Shown here: positions 9,685 through 18,120 of the stretch, piece by piece | Layout of the letters: each line of letters begins with the position of its first letter | Numbering within the stretch: position 1 is the stretch's first letter | Source of the DNA: Archaeoglobus fulgidus DSM 4304 | GTDB taxonomy: Archaea > Halobacteriota > Archaeoglobi > Archaeoglobales > Archaeoglobaceae | Direction of reading: 5' to 3' | Length of the DNA: 32,000 bases | Assembly: GCF_000008665.1 (NCBI RefSeq) | Contig: NC_000917.1 | Span: 480,001-512,000 of the forward strand | Made by a program: the position numbers and the translations under genes | Notes under the pieces: generated by a model | The model's input: only the letters and a program-made list of their open reading frames with translations | The model's database searches: none | What the model was told of the DNA's origin: nothing

Positions 9685-10158
9685 ATGGTGCAGGTGGTAG
9701 AGGTTCTGGTACCAGGAGGTCAGGCTTCTCCGGGTCCACCTTTGGGTCCGGCAATAGGTCCTCTCGGTTTGAACGTGAAGCAGGTTGTTGACAAAATAAA
9801 CGAGGCTACGAAGGACTACGAGGGGTTGAGCGTTCCGGTCAAAATAATAGTCAAGGACGACAGAAGCTTTGAGATTGAGGTTGGCATCCCTCCAGTTTCA
9901 GCGCTGATTAAAAGGGAGCTGGGGATTGAAAAGGGAGCCTCCAATCCGGGCAGGGAGGTTGTTGGAAACCTCACGATGGAGCAGCTGCTAAACATTGCAA
10001 GGATAAAGAGGCAGCAGTCCCTGTCATACACGCTTAAAGAGGTAGTCAAAGAGGTCCTCGGAACCTGCAACTCGATGGGAATAACCGTTGAGGGCAAAAG
10101 CCCGAAGGAACTCACAAGGATGATTGAAGAGGGACAGGTCGAGATTCCAGAGGAGTAA
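9685..10158 (+). CDS. Large ribosomal subunit protein uL11
   Basis: 157 aa: [50 protein letters not shown]..., [18 protein letters not shown]. Confidence 0.95.
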   Translation: MVQVVEVLVPGGQASPGPPLGPAIGPLGLNVKQVVDKINEATKDYEGLSVPVKIIVKDDRSFEIEVGIPPVSALIKRELGIEKGASNPGREVVGNLTMEQLLNIARIKRQQSLSYTLKEVVKEVLGTCNSMGITVEGKSPKELTRMIEEGQVEIPEE

Positions 10159-10165
10159 AGTCAGC

Positions 10166-10861
10166 TCAGGTCTCCGCAGCACAGAAGAGCTCGTATAAGG
10201 CGGAGAAAAGCTCCTCATAACCTGTTTTTTTAATATTTGAAATTTTTATTGGTCTATATGGTATAGTTGTCAGCTCAATAAAATCTACGAGTTTCTCCAT
10301 CAGCTCAGCGAGCACACCCTCTCTGTGCTTAATCTCACCCAGCAATGACCTGACATCTACATCCGCAACATCCGACTTGGTGAAGGCCGTCAAAGTTGGA
10401 AGAGAGAGGCGAAGGGAAACGATAACATCTTGCATTATGGCGGAAAGAAGACTCTCGGGATCGGTGACTGTGGTCAAATCGACCAGAAAGAGCGAGCAGG
10501 AAAAGCTCCCCGAAAGCTCCCTAACGAACTTTCTCCCCGCTTCACTGTAGATGAAGAGCTCAAGCTGCCCCGGCGTGTCGTAGAGCACGAAGTCCCCTTC
10601 CGCCTTCAGCTCTTCAGCGTGTTCCGAAGCAATCTCGACGGATTTAATGAGGGCACCGTTAACGCCAAGCCCGTATTCAACCATAACGTTCTCGGTTTTG
10701 ACGAATTCTCTTACGTTCTTGTCAGCACGGTAAGCCGGGTCGCTTGCGGGGTCGAGGTTAACGCATTTAACGCTGTAGCCCCTCTCCTGCAGGAACTCTG
10801 AGAAGCTTCTCACAAAGGTGCTCTTACCGCTGCCTGCACATCCGAGAACGAACACCTCCAT
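10166..10861 (-). CDS. GPN-loop GTPase
   Basis: 231 aa: VLGCAGSGKSTFVRSF, NLDPA, YGLGVNGALIKSVE, FVLYDTPGQLELF, TAFTKSDVAD. Confidence 0.88.
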   Translation of the reverse strand: MEVFVLGCAGSGKSTFVRSFSEFLQERGYSVKCVNLDPASDPAYRADKNVREFVKTENVMVEYGLGVNGALIKSVEIASEHAEELKAEGDFVLYDTPGQLELFIYSEAGRKFVRELSGSFSCSLFLVDLTTVTDPESLLSAIMQDVIVSLRLSLPTLTAFTKSDVADVDVRSLLGEIKHREGVLAELMEKLVDFIELTTIPYRPIKISNIKKTGYEELFSALYELFCAAET

Positions 10862-10862
10862 T

Positions 10863-11549
10863 CTACCGCCTCATCAGTGCGAAGGCGGAGCCGACTAAAA
10901 AGGATAGCGTTACGAAGAAGAGGGTCTGGAAAAGTTCAAGGTTTGCTGAAGCTCTCGATAACTCCGCATCAATTTTTGTCAGGTTTGCCTGCAAATCCTC
11001 ATTGGTTGCTTGAAGCTGCCTTACAGTTTCGTTCATTTTGGAAAGTTCCAACCTTAGCTCATCAATCAGCTGACTGTAATTTCCCGCCTTAGACTTGTAC
11101 AGCTCAAGCTCCCTCTTCAGCTCATCGTTTTCGGTAGCTAAGTTCTGAAGCTTGTCGTAGAGGTCAACGTTTATTTTGTTCAAAACCTCGAACAGCTTTT
11201 TATAGTAGCTCACTTCACCCTCAAGCCTTTGAACCTCCTTTCTCAAGCTCAAAACTTCATTCTCCGCCTCAACTAAGCTTTCTTCTGGATTTGGGTCCTT
11301 CTCAACCTTGATTGTGATGACATCAGTTGTCGTGTTCGTTCTGATCTCGATTTGCTCGTTTCCGAGGCATGAGTGCGTGATTTTTATCCCATATTCCCCA
11401 GGAGGGAGCGTGGAGGAGTTCTGGAGGGTGTCGAGAAAGTACATGCACTCGTCAAGGGTTACTGTTGCCTGCTCGTTGAGGGTGAGGTTGACAACATCGC
11501 CCTGAAAGGCAGTTGTGGCAGAGATTAAAGCAAGCAGAAGGAGAATCAC
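10863..11549 (-). CDS. Secreted/membrane-anchored coiled-coil protein of unknown function
   Basis: 228 aa. N-terminal signal-like MILLLLALISATTAFQ, a Thr/Asn-rich extracellular-type domain, a long heptad-like coiled coil (EVLSLRKEVQRLEGEVSYYKKLFEVLNK...), and C-terminal TM LFFVTLSFLVGSAFALMRR. Confidence 0.65.
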   Translation of the reverse strand: MILLLLALISATTAFQGDVVNLTLNEQATVTLDECMYFLDTLQNSSTLPPGEYGIKITHSCLGNEQIEIRTNTTTDVITIKVEKDPNPEESLVEAENEVLSLRKEVQRLEGEVSYYKKLFEVLNKINVDLYDKLQNLATENDELKRELELYKSKAGNYSQLIDELRLELSKMNETVRQLQATNEDLQANLTKIDAELSRASANLELFQTLFFVTLSFLVGSAFALMRR

Positions 11550-11959
11550 ACTCCCACCCCCGCTATGCTGCTCTTAACCAGCTTCCAGACCTTTGCAAAA
11601 TCCTCTAAGGAGACAAATTTTCCTTTAATGTAGATGAAAATACCGTTTCCCCTCATCGCGTATCTGTAGTCGCTTCCCGAAACGAGCAGAATTTCCTCGC
11701 TTCCCATGCTCCTCATCAGAGTTCTGATTTCGTCAATCTCGTAGTCGTCAACGCCCTCAACAATTTTTTTATCGCCTGCAATTGCAGCCACGCTTACGAG
11801 GTACTTTGTCATTAGATGGCTGCAAAGCTCTTCAAGCTCCATGGGTCTTAAAATCTCCCTACCCCTGTATCCCTTCATGTTTAGAATTTTGTCAGTTATA
11901 ATAAATCCCGCTACCACTCCTATGACGGCAAGGACAATCTGCCAGCTAATACCGACCAC
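11546..11959 (-). CDS. Hypothetical protein with an N-terminal transmembrane anchor
   Basis: 137 aa: MVGISWQIVLAVIGVVAGFIITDKIL... followed by a soluble domain. 4-bp overlap with the next gene. Confidence 0.6.
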   Translation of the reverse strand: MVGISWQIVLAVIGVVAGFIITDKILNMKGYRGREILRPMELEELCSHLMTKYLVSVAAIAGDKKIVEGVDDYEIDEIRTLMRSMGSEEILLVSGSDYRYAMRGNGIFIYIKGKFVSLEDFAKVWKLVKSSIAGVGV

Positions 11960-12035
11960 CTTAACTCATGTTAGCAGAAGATTATTTTTAATTTTTCCAT
12001 GAAAAGCTTATAACTCTTTCACCAAATGTGCCTTA

Positions 12036-12941
12036 ATGTTGGTTTTTGGGCCCGTACCTTCTAGGAGGCTGGGAAACAGCCTTGGTGTTAACAACATTCC
12101 TTTCAAGCACTGCAGCTACTCCTGCGTTTACTGCCAGCTTGGCAGGACGCCAAAAACAACTGTGGAGAGGGGAGAGTTCTACGAACCCAAAGATATTTTA
12201 GATAGCGTAAGGAGAAGGATAGATGCTGTGAGAAAAGAGAAAGTCGACTACATCACCTTTGTGCCCGATGGTGAGCCGACTCTGGACAAAAAATCTCGGT
12301 GCCGAGATTTCGATGCTCAAAGATTTGGGGAGAGTTGCAGTTGTAACCAACTCATCCCTGCTTTTTATGGAAGACGTGAGGCTGGAGTTGAACTTAGCCA
12401 ACCTAGTCTCGCTCAAAGTCGATGCCGTTGATGAATTGCTCTGGCGAAGAGTTAACCGCCCCCATCCAGCCCTTAAGCTTGAAGATATACTCGATGGAAT
12501 TTCAAAGTTTGCCGAGGATTACAACGGCACCCTTATAACCGAAACCATGCTTATTGACGGTCTGACAACTCTGGAGGAGGTAGAAAGAATTGCTGAATTT
12601 CTCGAATCCGTTAGCCCCGATAAAGCGTATCTCGCAATCCCCACCCGGCCCCCTGCAGAAAATGTTAGGGGTGCGGAGATAGATTTCGTGCTTGAGGCGG
12701 GACGGATTTTCAAAAAGCACGTTGATGTGGAACTGCTTATTGAGCCGGAAAAAGGAGAATTTGAAATAAAAAATAAAGAGGACATCTTGGCCATCGCCTC
12801 CGTCCATCCAATTAGAGAAGACATCCTTAAGAGTTATCTGAAGAAACTCGGTTTGGAGTCGAAGAATTGCTCGATGAGCTAGAGGAAGAAAAATTTCAGG
12901 GAGCAAAAAATATTTTAAAAAAGTTTAATACATTTCAATGA
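12036..12941 (+). CDS. Radical SAM protein, frame interrupted by two small indels
   Basis: MLVFGPVPSRRLGNSLGVNNIPFKHCSYSCVYCQLGRT (CxxxCxxC). The frame changes at A6 (12288-12293), then continues GAEISMLKDLGRVAVVTNSSLLF... to near 12852. Restoring a T there extends to GVEELLDELEEEKFQGAKNILKKFNTFQ* ending at 12941. Confidence 0.82.
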
Positions 12942-14541
12942 ATGGTTCTTCTATATCAACCATCGCATTTACAATTAGCTCCACCAACCCGCCGTAGTAG
13001 ATTCCGCATTTCTCGGTTGCGTTGTAGTGGGTGAGAATGTCCCTGATTGCCCCCTTGCAGTTGCTGCAGGGTGCGCAGACGTACTTGTTTATTTCGGGGG
13101 AGATGCTGTCCTGGAAAGCATCAAGAATTTGCTTAAACTTCATCCTGCTCGCCACCTTAACCCTGAACTCAGGGAAGTTCATGGAGTTCATTATGGCGAA
13201 ACCGCTACCGCCACCACAGCAGTAGTTGTAAACCCCGTTTGGATGCATTTCCCTGAACTGCGGGCAGATTTCGTTGAGAATCCTGCGCTGCGGCTCGACA
13301 ATACCCATCAGCCTAACAACGTTGCACGGATCGTGCAGTGTGACCGGGAAGTTATTCTTCTCCGGGTCGAGGTTAAGCTTCTTTTTCCTCACAATGTCCC
13401 AGAGCAATGGCAGGCAGCTTTCTCTCGGTATCTGGTACTCATCTACGAAAATTCTATCGGCAATGACTGTCAGAGCTTTGTGTGCATGCCCGCACTCTCC
13501 AACCACAATTCTGTTTACATCAAGCTTTCTTGCGATTTCAGCGTGTTTGAGGGCTATCCTTGAGAACTGCACGTCATCATACCAGACTCCGTAGTTAACA
13601 GCATCGTAGCCAACCATCTCACTGCTAAGCGTCCAGTCCAGCCCTGCTTCCTCGAAGATTATGGCGAAGGCAGCGATGTTTTCCGGCCAGCTGAGGTATT
13701 CTCCTGCATTGTGGTAGAGAAGGATGTCCGCTCCTTTTACATCCACGGGTATCTTTATCTTCTTTCCCGTTCTCTCCTCTATCTCCTCCTCAATGAACTC
13801 GATGATGTCTTTAAATCCTTCAGTGGTTAAGCCCGTTGAAGAGCCCTTTTCGAGGTGCTGAACTGTCCCCTGCATGTGCAGGGATGAAGGAGCTATTCCC
13901 ATCTCCTGGCTGAAGAGCTTCCTTATTTCTCTCGTTATCAGGCCGTTGTCTATTCCGAGGGGGCAGGTTTGGGTGCATCTTCTGCAGAGGGTGCATCTGT
14001 AGGCGAGTTCAGCGAGCCTTGTGACGGTCAGAGCGTTCAACTCGATATCAGCACCCGTAAATTTACCAAGCAACCCACCTGTGGGCTGTAGGTATCTTTT
14101 GATTATCCTCCTCAATACTTCCGACCTGTAGGTTGGTCTGTAAATTTCCTTCCTCCCGCTTGACACGAAAATGGGACAGGCTTCACTGCAGGTCTGGCAC
14201 CGGGCGCAGTACTCAAGGGAAAGCATTAAAGGCTGCAAGAATGTCCAGTTTGCCTCCCTGTCAAGGAGCTTTCTCAGCCCGGAAAGGAACCTCTCAACCA
14301 GCTCCTTTTCCTCTTCCTCATTCTGCGGTTTCCAAGGCTCGTCTATGGCTATGTAGCCGTCAAGCTCAGTAACGTACTTCTCGCTCCACTCAGGATTTGG
14401 TTCCTGAAGCTCTGGCTCATCCCCGCTGTCGTAGGGTGGGGGGAGCTTCAGCAAATCCTGAAGATGTATGTAAGCTAGCCTTTCGTATGGTAAGGCTATA
14501 TCCTGAACAGTAATCAACTCGTCCTTCTTCCTCCAAACCAT
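12925..14541 (-). CDS. HdrD/DsrK-like iron-sulfur protein (paralogue A)
   Basis: 538 aa. Ferredoxin-type clusters CARCQTCSEACPI and CTLCRRCTQTCPL; CCG-domain motifs HDPCNVVRLMG, YNYCCGGGSGFA, CAPCSNCKGA. Confidence 0.88.
   Translation of the reverse strand: MVWRKKDELITVQDIALPYERLAYIHLQDLLKLPPPYDSGDEPELQEPNPEWSEKYVTELDGYIAIDEPWKPQNEEEEKELVERFLSGLRKLLDREANWTFLQPLMLSLEYCARCQTCSEACPIFVSSGRKEIYRPTYRSEVLRRIIKRYLQPTGGLLGKFTGADIELNALTVTRLAELAYRCTLCRRCTQTCPLGIDNGLITREIRKLFSQEMGIAPSSLHMQGTVQHLEKGSSTGLTTEGFKDIIEFIEEEIEERTGKKIKIPVDVKGADILLYHNAGEYLSWPENIAAFAIIFEEAGLDWTLSSEMVGYDAVNYGVWYDDVQFSRIALKHAEIARKLDVNRIVVGECGHAHKALTVIADRIFVDEYQIPRESCLPLLWDIVRKKKLNLDPEKNNFPVTLHDPCNVVRLMGIVEPQRRILNEICPQFREMHPNGVYNYCCGGGSGFAIMNSMNFPEFRVKVASRMKFKQILDAFQDSISPEINKYVCAPCSNCKGAIRDILTHYNATEKCGIYYGGLVELIVNAMVDIEEPFIEMY
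13869..14019. repeat. Copy 1 of block B, a near-identical direct repeat between the tandem HdrD-like genes (partner 15488-15638)
   Basis: cctgcatgtgcagggatgaaggagctattccc...gcgagttcagcgagcct matches the partner except for a few bases around gggggcaggtttg / tggacatgcgag. Confidence 0.85.
14138..14418. repeat. Copy 1 of block A, a 281-bp near-identical direct repeat (partner 15730-16010)
   Basis: ctgtaaatttccttcctcccgcttgacacg...ggttcctgaagctctggctc is almost base-for-base identical at a constant 1592-bp offset. Confidence 0.9.
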
Positions 14542-14552
14542 TAAACCACCTC

Positions 14553-16120
14553 CTAAACAATACTGAGAATTTTCTTTTCAACGTTCTCAACACAGTTCAA
14601 AACAATCTCAGGGATTCCCACACACTTCATATTGAACCTGTTGAGGCCAAAATGCTTGAGGGCGTGGTTTATTGTCATCTTGCAGTTGCTGCAGGGAGCA
14701 CAGACATACTTCTGCACTTTCTCGCTGACGTCAGAGTTGAAGGCATCTACAATCTGCTTAACTTTAAGCCTGCTCGCTATCCTCGCCCTGAAGTCGGGAA
14801 AGTTCATTGTGTTGATAACTGCAAGCCCCCCTCCTCCGCCGCAGCAGTAGTTTTTCACGCCGCTTGGCTTCATCTCCCTGAACTGGGGGCAGACGTCCTT
14901 CAGAATGTCCCTCTGTGGCTTGATTATGCCTGTAAACCTCGTTATGTAGCAGGGGTCATGAAGGGTGACTGGAAAGTCGTTTAAATCGGCGTCAAATTTG
15001 ATTTCTCTCCTTCTGACAATTTTCCACAGAAGTGGGAGATAGCTCTCAACTGGAAAAAGCTCGACGAAGAACCTTTCAGAAGTCGTCAGCAACGTGCTGT
15101 GCGCATGCCCGCTCTCACCAACCACAATCCTTTCAACGTCAAGCTCACTCGCTACTTTAACATGGCTCAGAGCTATTCTTGCAAGCTGTATATCGTCATA
15201 CCACATTCCATAATTGACCGCATCGAGGGCCGGAGCTTTGCTGCTCAGCGTCCACTCATAGCCAGCCATTTCGAAAATGATTGCCATTGCGGCTATGGTT
15301 TCAGGGTGATGGATGTAGTCCGCAACGCTGTGAATCAGGAGGATGTCAACTCCTTTAACGTCCACTGGAAGATAGTACCTCCTTCCAAGCACCTGACTTA
15401 CCATGAACTCTATCTCTCTGACAAAATCCTCCATTACGATGGGTGTGAAGCCAACGGATGTGCCATCAACAAGCTGCTGCACACTACCCTGCATGTGCAG
15501 GGATGAAGGAGCTATTCCCATCTCCTGGCTGAAGAGCTTCCTTATTTCTCTCGTTATCAGGCCGTTGTCTATTCCGAGTGGACATGCGAGGGTGCATCTT
15601 CTGCAGAGGGTGCATCTGTAGGCGAGTTCAGCGAGCCTCAAAATGGCCTTTACCGTCAGCCTTCCCCTTCTCTTCCCGCCCTTTGTTTCCCTGATGATTT
15701 TTCTGAACATCTCTGACCTGAAGAGGGGGCTGTAAATTTCCTTCCTCCCGCTTGACACGTAAATGGGACAGGCTTCACTGCAGGTCTGGCACCGGGCGCA
15801 GTACTCCAAAGAAAGCATTAAAGGCTGCAAGAATGTCCAGTTTGCCTCCCTGTCAAGGAGCTTTCTCAGCCCGGAAAGGAACCTCTCAACCAGCTCCTTT
15901 TCCTCTTCCTCATTCTGCGGTTTCCAAGGCTCGTCTATGGCTATGTAGCCGTCAAGCTCAGTAACGTACTTCTCGCTCCACTCAGGATTTGGTTCCTGAA
16001 GCTCTGGCTCCTCTGAAAATGGAACGTGGGAAAGTTCGCTCAACCTGAGCCTGAGAATCCTCTTTTCCACCTCACAAAACTCCTCAAAAGAAATAAAGTT
16101 GAAGATGTATTCTGGCATCC
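14553..16120 (-). CDS. HdrD/DsrK-like iron-sulfur protein (paralogue B)
   Basis: From ATG 16120: MPEYIFNFISFEEFCEVEKRILRLR..., with CARCQTCSEACPI, CTLCRRCTLACPLG, HDPCYITRFTG, CCGGGGGLA, CAPCSNCKMT. The track ORF starts in frame at 16175. Confidence 0.88.
15488..15638. repeat. Copy 2 of block B direct repeat
   Basis: See 13869-14019; constant offset 1619. Confidence 0.85.
15730..16010. repeat. Copy 2 of block A direct repeat
   Basis: See 14138-14418; constant offset 1592. Confidence 0.9.
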
Positions 16121-16134
16121 CCTTACCTCTGTTT

Positions 16135-17061
16135 TTACCTCCTCTTTCTTCTCTCGGCCAGAGCCCTGACCTCAAGAACAGGTTCGATGGCTGTAGCCTC
16201 TTCCGCCCATGTCAGGTCTGCCCTTATGTGAGGGGCCGACCACTTCACTTTGTAGCCGAGATGAAGCGCAATCCTTTCCCTCAGCGGTGAGTTTACGAGG
16301 TTCGGAGTATCTTCCCACAGCACCTGATGGTAGGTGAAGTACTTAGCAATGAAGTGGGACATCTTCGTGTTGGGGATATAGGCAACAAGCAGGGAAAGCA
16401 GGGCTGTGTGGAGGGCAACTGCAGCCGGCAGCTCGCCTGTAGGAGTGAATGTAATCAGCGAGACGGCAAAGGCTTTGGCATGCTGGAACTCCATGTCAGC
16501 CCTCATTGCGAGTAGGCCGGTAACAGCTACGGCAAGTATGAAAAGCAGGTTGAAGTAATCCACCGGCGAGCTGTAGGTTCTGAGCTTTCTGTCTATCGCC
16601 CTGTTGAGCAGCAACGCAGTTGTGCCGAAAATCAGAAGTGTGACGCCGATACCGAAGACGATGGACGCAGCATTTGTTAGATCTAAGCCCACGCACAATA
16701 CTTCAAAAGCTGCAGAAGCGAAAATGAGGGCAAACCAGAGAAGCATGAGGTAAATACCGGCGTGGAAGGGGAAGGTTAAGAACCACAGGCGGCGGTTGTA
16801 CTCGAAAGCCCTCTTAATGAAGAGCATCTCCAGCAGCATTTCCTTAAGCTCCCCGGCAAAGGATGTTTCCCTCGGTTTCTTCCACCATTCGGTCTCCTCG
16901 TAGTAGCTTCCTCCGTACTTCGCCCTGTACTTTTCATGCGGGACGGGATACAGCTCCCATCTGAGATGCAGTGGCATCGACAGATACTTCAGAAACTTCA
17001 CCGATACAACTAAAAAGAAAACTGCAATCCCAAAGTAAGCAATTGCTTGCACCCAAATCAT
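16135..17061 (-). CDS. Membrane b-type cytochrome subunit (NarI/DsrM/HdrE-like)
   Basis: 308 aa with repeated hydrophobic helices (FAGIYLMLLWFALIFASAAFEV, YFNLLFILAVAVTGLLAMR, ALHTALLSLLVAYIPNTKMSHFIAKYFTYHQVLWEDTPN). Directly upstream of HdrD-like genes on the same strand. Confidence 0.75.
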   Translation of the reverse strand: MIWVQAIAYFGIAVFFLVVSVKFLKYLSMPLHLRWELYPVPHEKYRAKYGGSYYEETEWWKKPRETSFAGELKEMLLEMLFIKRAFEYNRRLWFLTFPFHAGIYLMLLWFALIFASAAFEVLCVGLDLTNAASIVFGIGVTLLIFGTTALLLNRAIDRKLRTYSSPVDYFNLLFILAVAVTGLLAMRADMEFQHAKAFAVSLITFTPTGELPAAVALHTALLSLLVAYIPNTKMSHFIAKYFTYHQVLWEDTPNLVNSPLRERIALHLGYKVKWSAPHIRADLTWAEEATAIEPVLEVRALAERRKRR

Positions 17062-17300
17062 TGCACCACCTCCTTATCGTCAATAAATCTCTCTCTTTTG
17101 AATTATTTAAAATTTTCTCAAGTTTTTAATAATTAAGATAAAAAATTTAATTTTTATTTTTTATATACATGCAATAGCTAATAGTCTAAAAAGGTCAAAT
17201 CAAATGTTTGCAATTTCAATATCGGTTTAAAAGGTATGAGATAGAGACTTAAGGCGAAAAAAACAGCAATTTAGGTTATGAGCTATAAAAAACGAAAATT

Positions 17301-17340
17301 TAATAATTTAAAGTCTATTAATGCTTTTTTTAAATTATTA
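17301..17340. promoter_or_regulatory. Imperfect hairpin/dyad TAATAATTTAAA ... TTTAAATTATTA in the divergent cytochrome promoter region
   Basis: 12-bp complementary arms at 17301-17312 and 17329-17340, ~35 bp upstream of a TATA-like actttataag near 17374-17383. Confidence 0.4.
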
Positions 17341-17419
17341 TTATGCTAAAGATGAATCTTATCTTTGGAAAACTTTATAAGTGGGACAGAGAAAAAAATG
17401 CGTTGGAGGTGAAAAAGCC

Positions 17420-18115
17420 ATGGCTGGAGAATTAGCATGGTTTATTGCGAACATTCTGCCCTACATAACGCTGGCAGTGATGACACTGGCCCTCGTTTAC
17501 AATTTTGTGAAATGGCTGGTTATGCCGAGGCCTGTAGTGTGGGCAATATTTCCAGCAAAGCATAACACCGTTGAAATATTGCTCGGACTGGTGAAGAAGA
17601 TTTTCGTCCTGCCGGGGCCGAGAAAGGTTGACATCTCCATCTGGATTCTGGCGATGCTCTTCCACATCGGTCTGATTGTGAGCCTTAGCTTACACGCCAA
17701 GTACATATTCGTTCCATCGCTTGGGCCTATGGAGTACTACCTCGGTGCGGCTGCCGGCGTTGCTGCCGCAATTGGAACGATAGGTTTCTTCATCAGGAGA
17801 ATTGAAATGCACAAGACGAAGGTCGATTCAACCTTTGCGGACTACTTTGCACTGATACTGCTCATGGCCACCCTTACTCTCGGTGCCTACCTCAGAATTG
17901 GCGGAATCATGGACCACGAGCACATGTGGATGTGGGTTAGAGGAATTCTGACCCTCTCCCCAGTGGACCCGCCAACGCACCCACTTTTCCTTGTGCACAT
18001 AACCTTGGCGCAGATTTACATGATGTACCTGCCGTTCAAGACGCTCATACATCCGATAGCGATATTCTTCGGTCAGAAGGTGATTCTGGACGAGAGGCAC
18101 ATTTACCCGAGGTGA
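17420..18115 (+). CDS. Membrane b-type cytochrome subunit (NarI/DsrM/HdrE-like)
   Basis: From ATG 17420 with upstream GGAGGTG: MAGELAWFIANILPYITLAVMTLALVYNFVKWLVMP... Multi-TM; ends ...KTLIHPIAIFFGQKVILDERHIYPR. Confidence 0.77.
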   Translation: MAGELAWFIANILPYITLAVMTLALVYNFVKWLVMPRPVVWAIFPAKHNTVEILLGLVKKIFVLPGPRKVDISIWILAMLFHIGLIVSLSLHAKYIFVPSLGPMEYYLGAAAGVAAAIGTIGFFIRRIEMHKTKVDSTFADYFALILLMATLTLGAYLRIGGIMDHEHMWMWVRGILTLSPVDPPTHPLFLVHITLAQIYMMYLPFKTLIHPIAIFFGQKVILDERHIYPR

Positions 18116-18120
18116 TATGA

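Noticed and set aside
13027-13563. Forward ORF (178 aa) and similar ORFs (14652, 15099) opposite the HdrD-like genes
   Set aside because: They mirror each other only because the opposite-strand genes are paralogous; there is no independent coding evidence.
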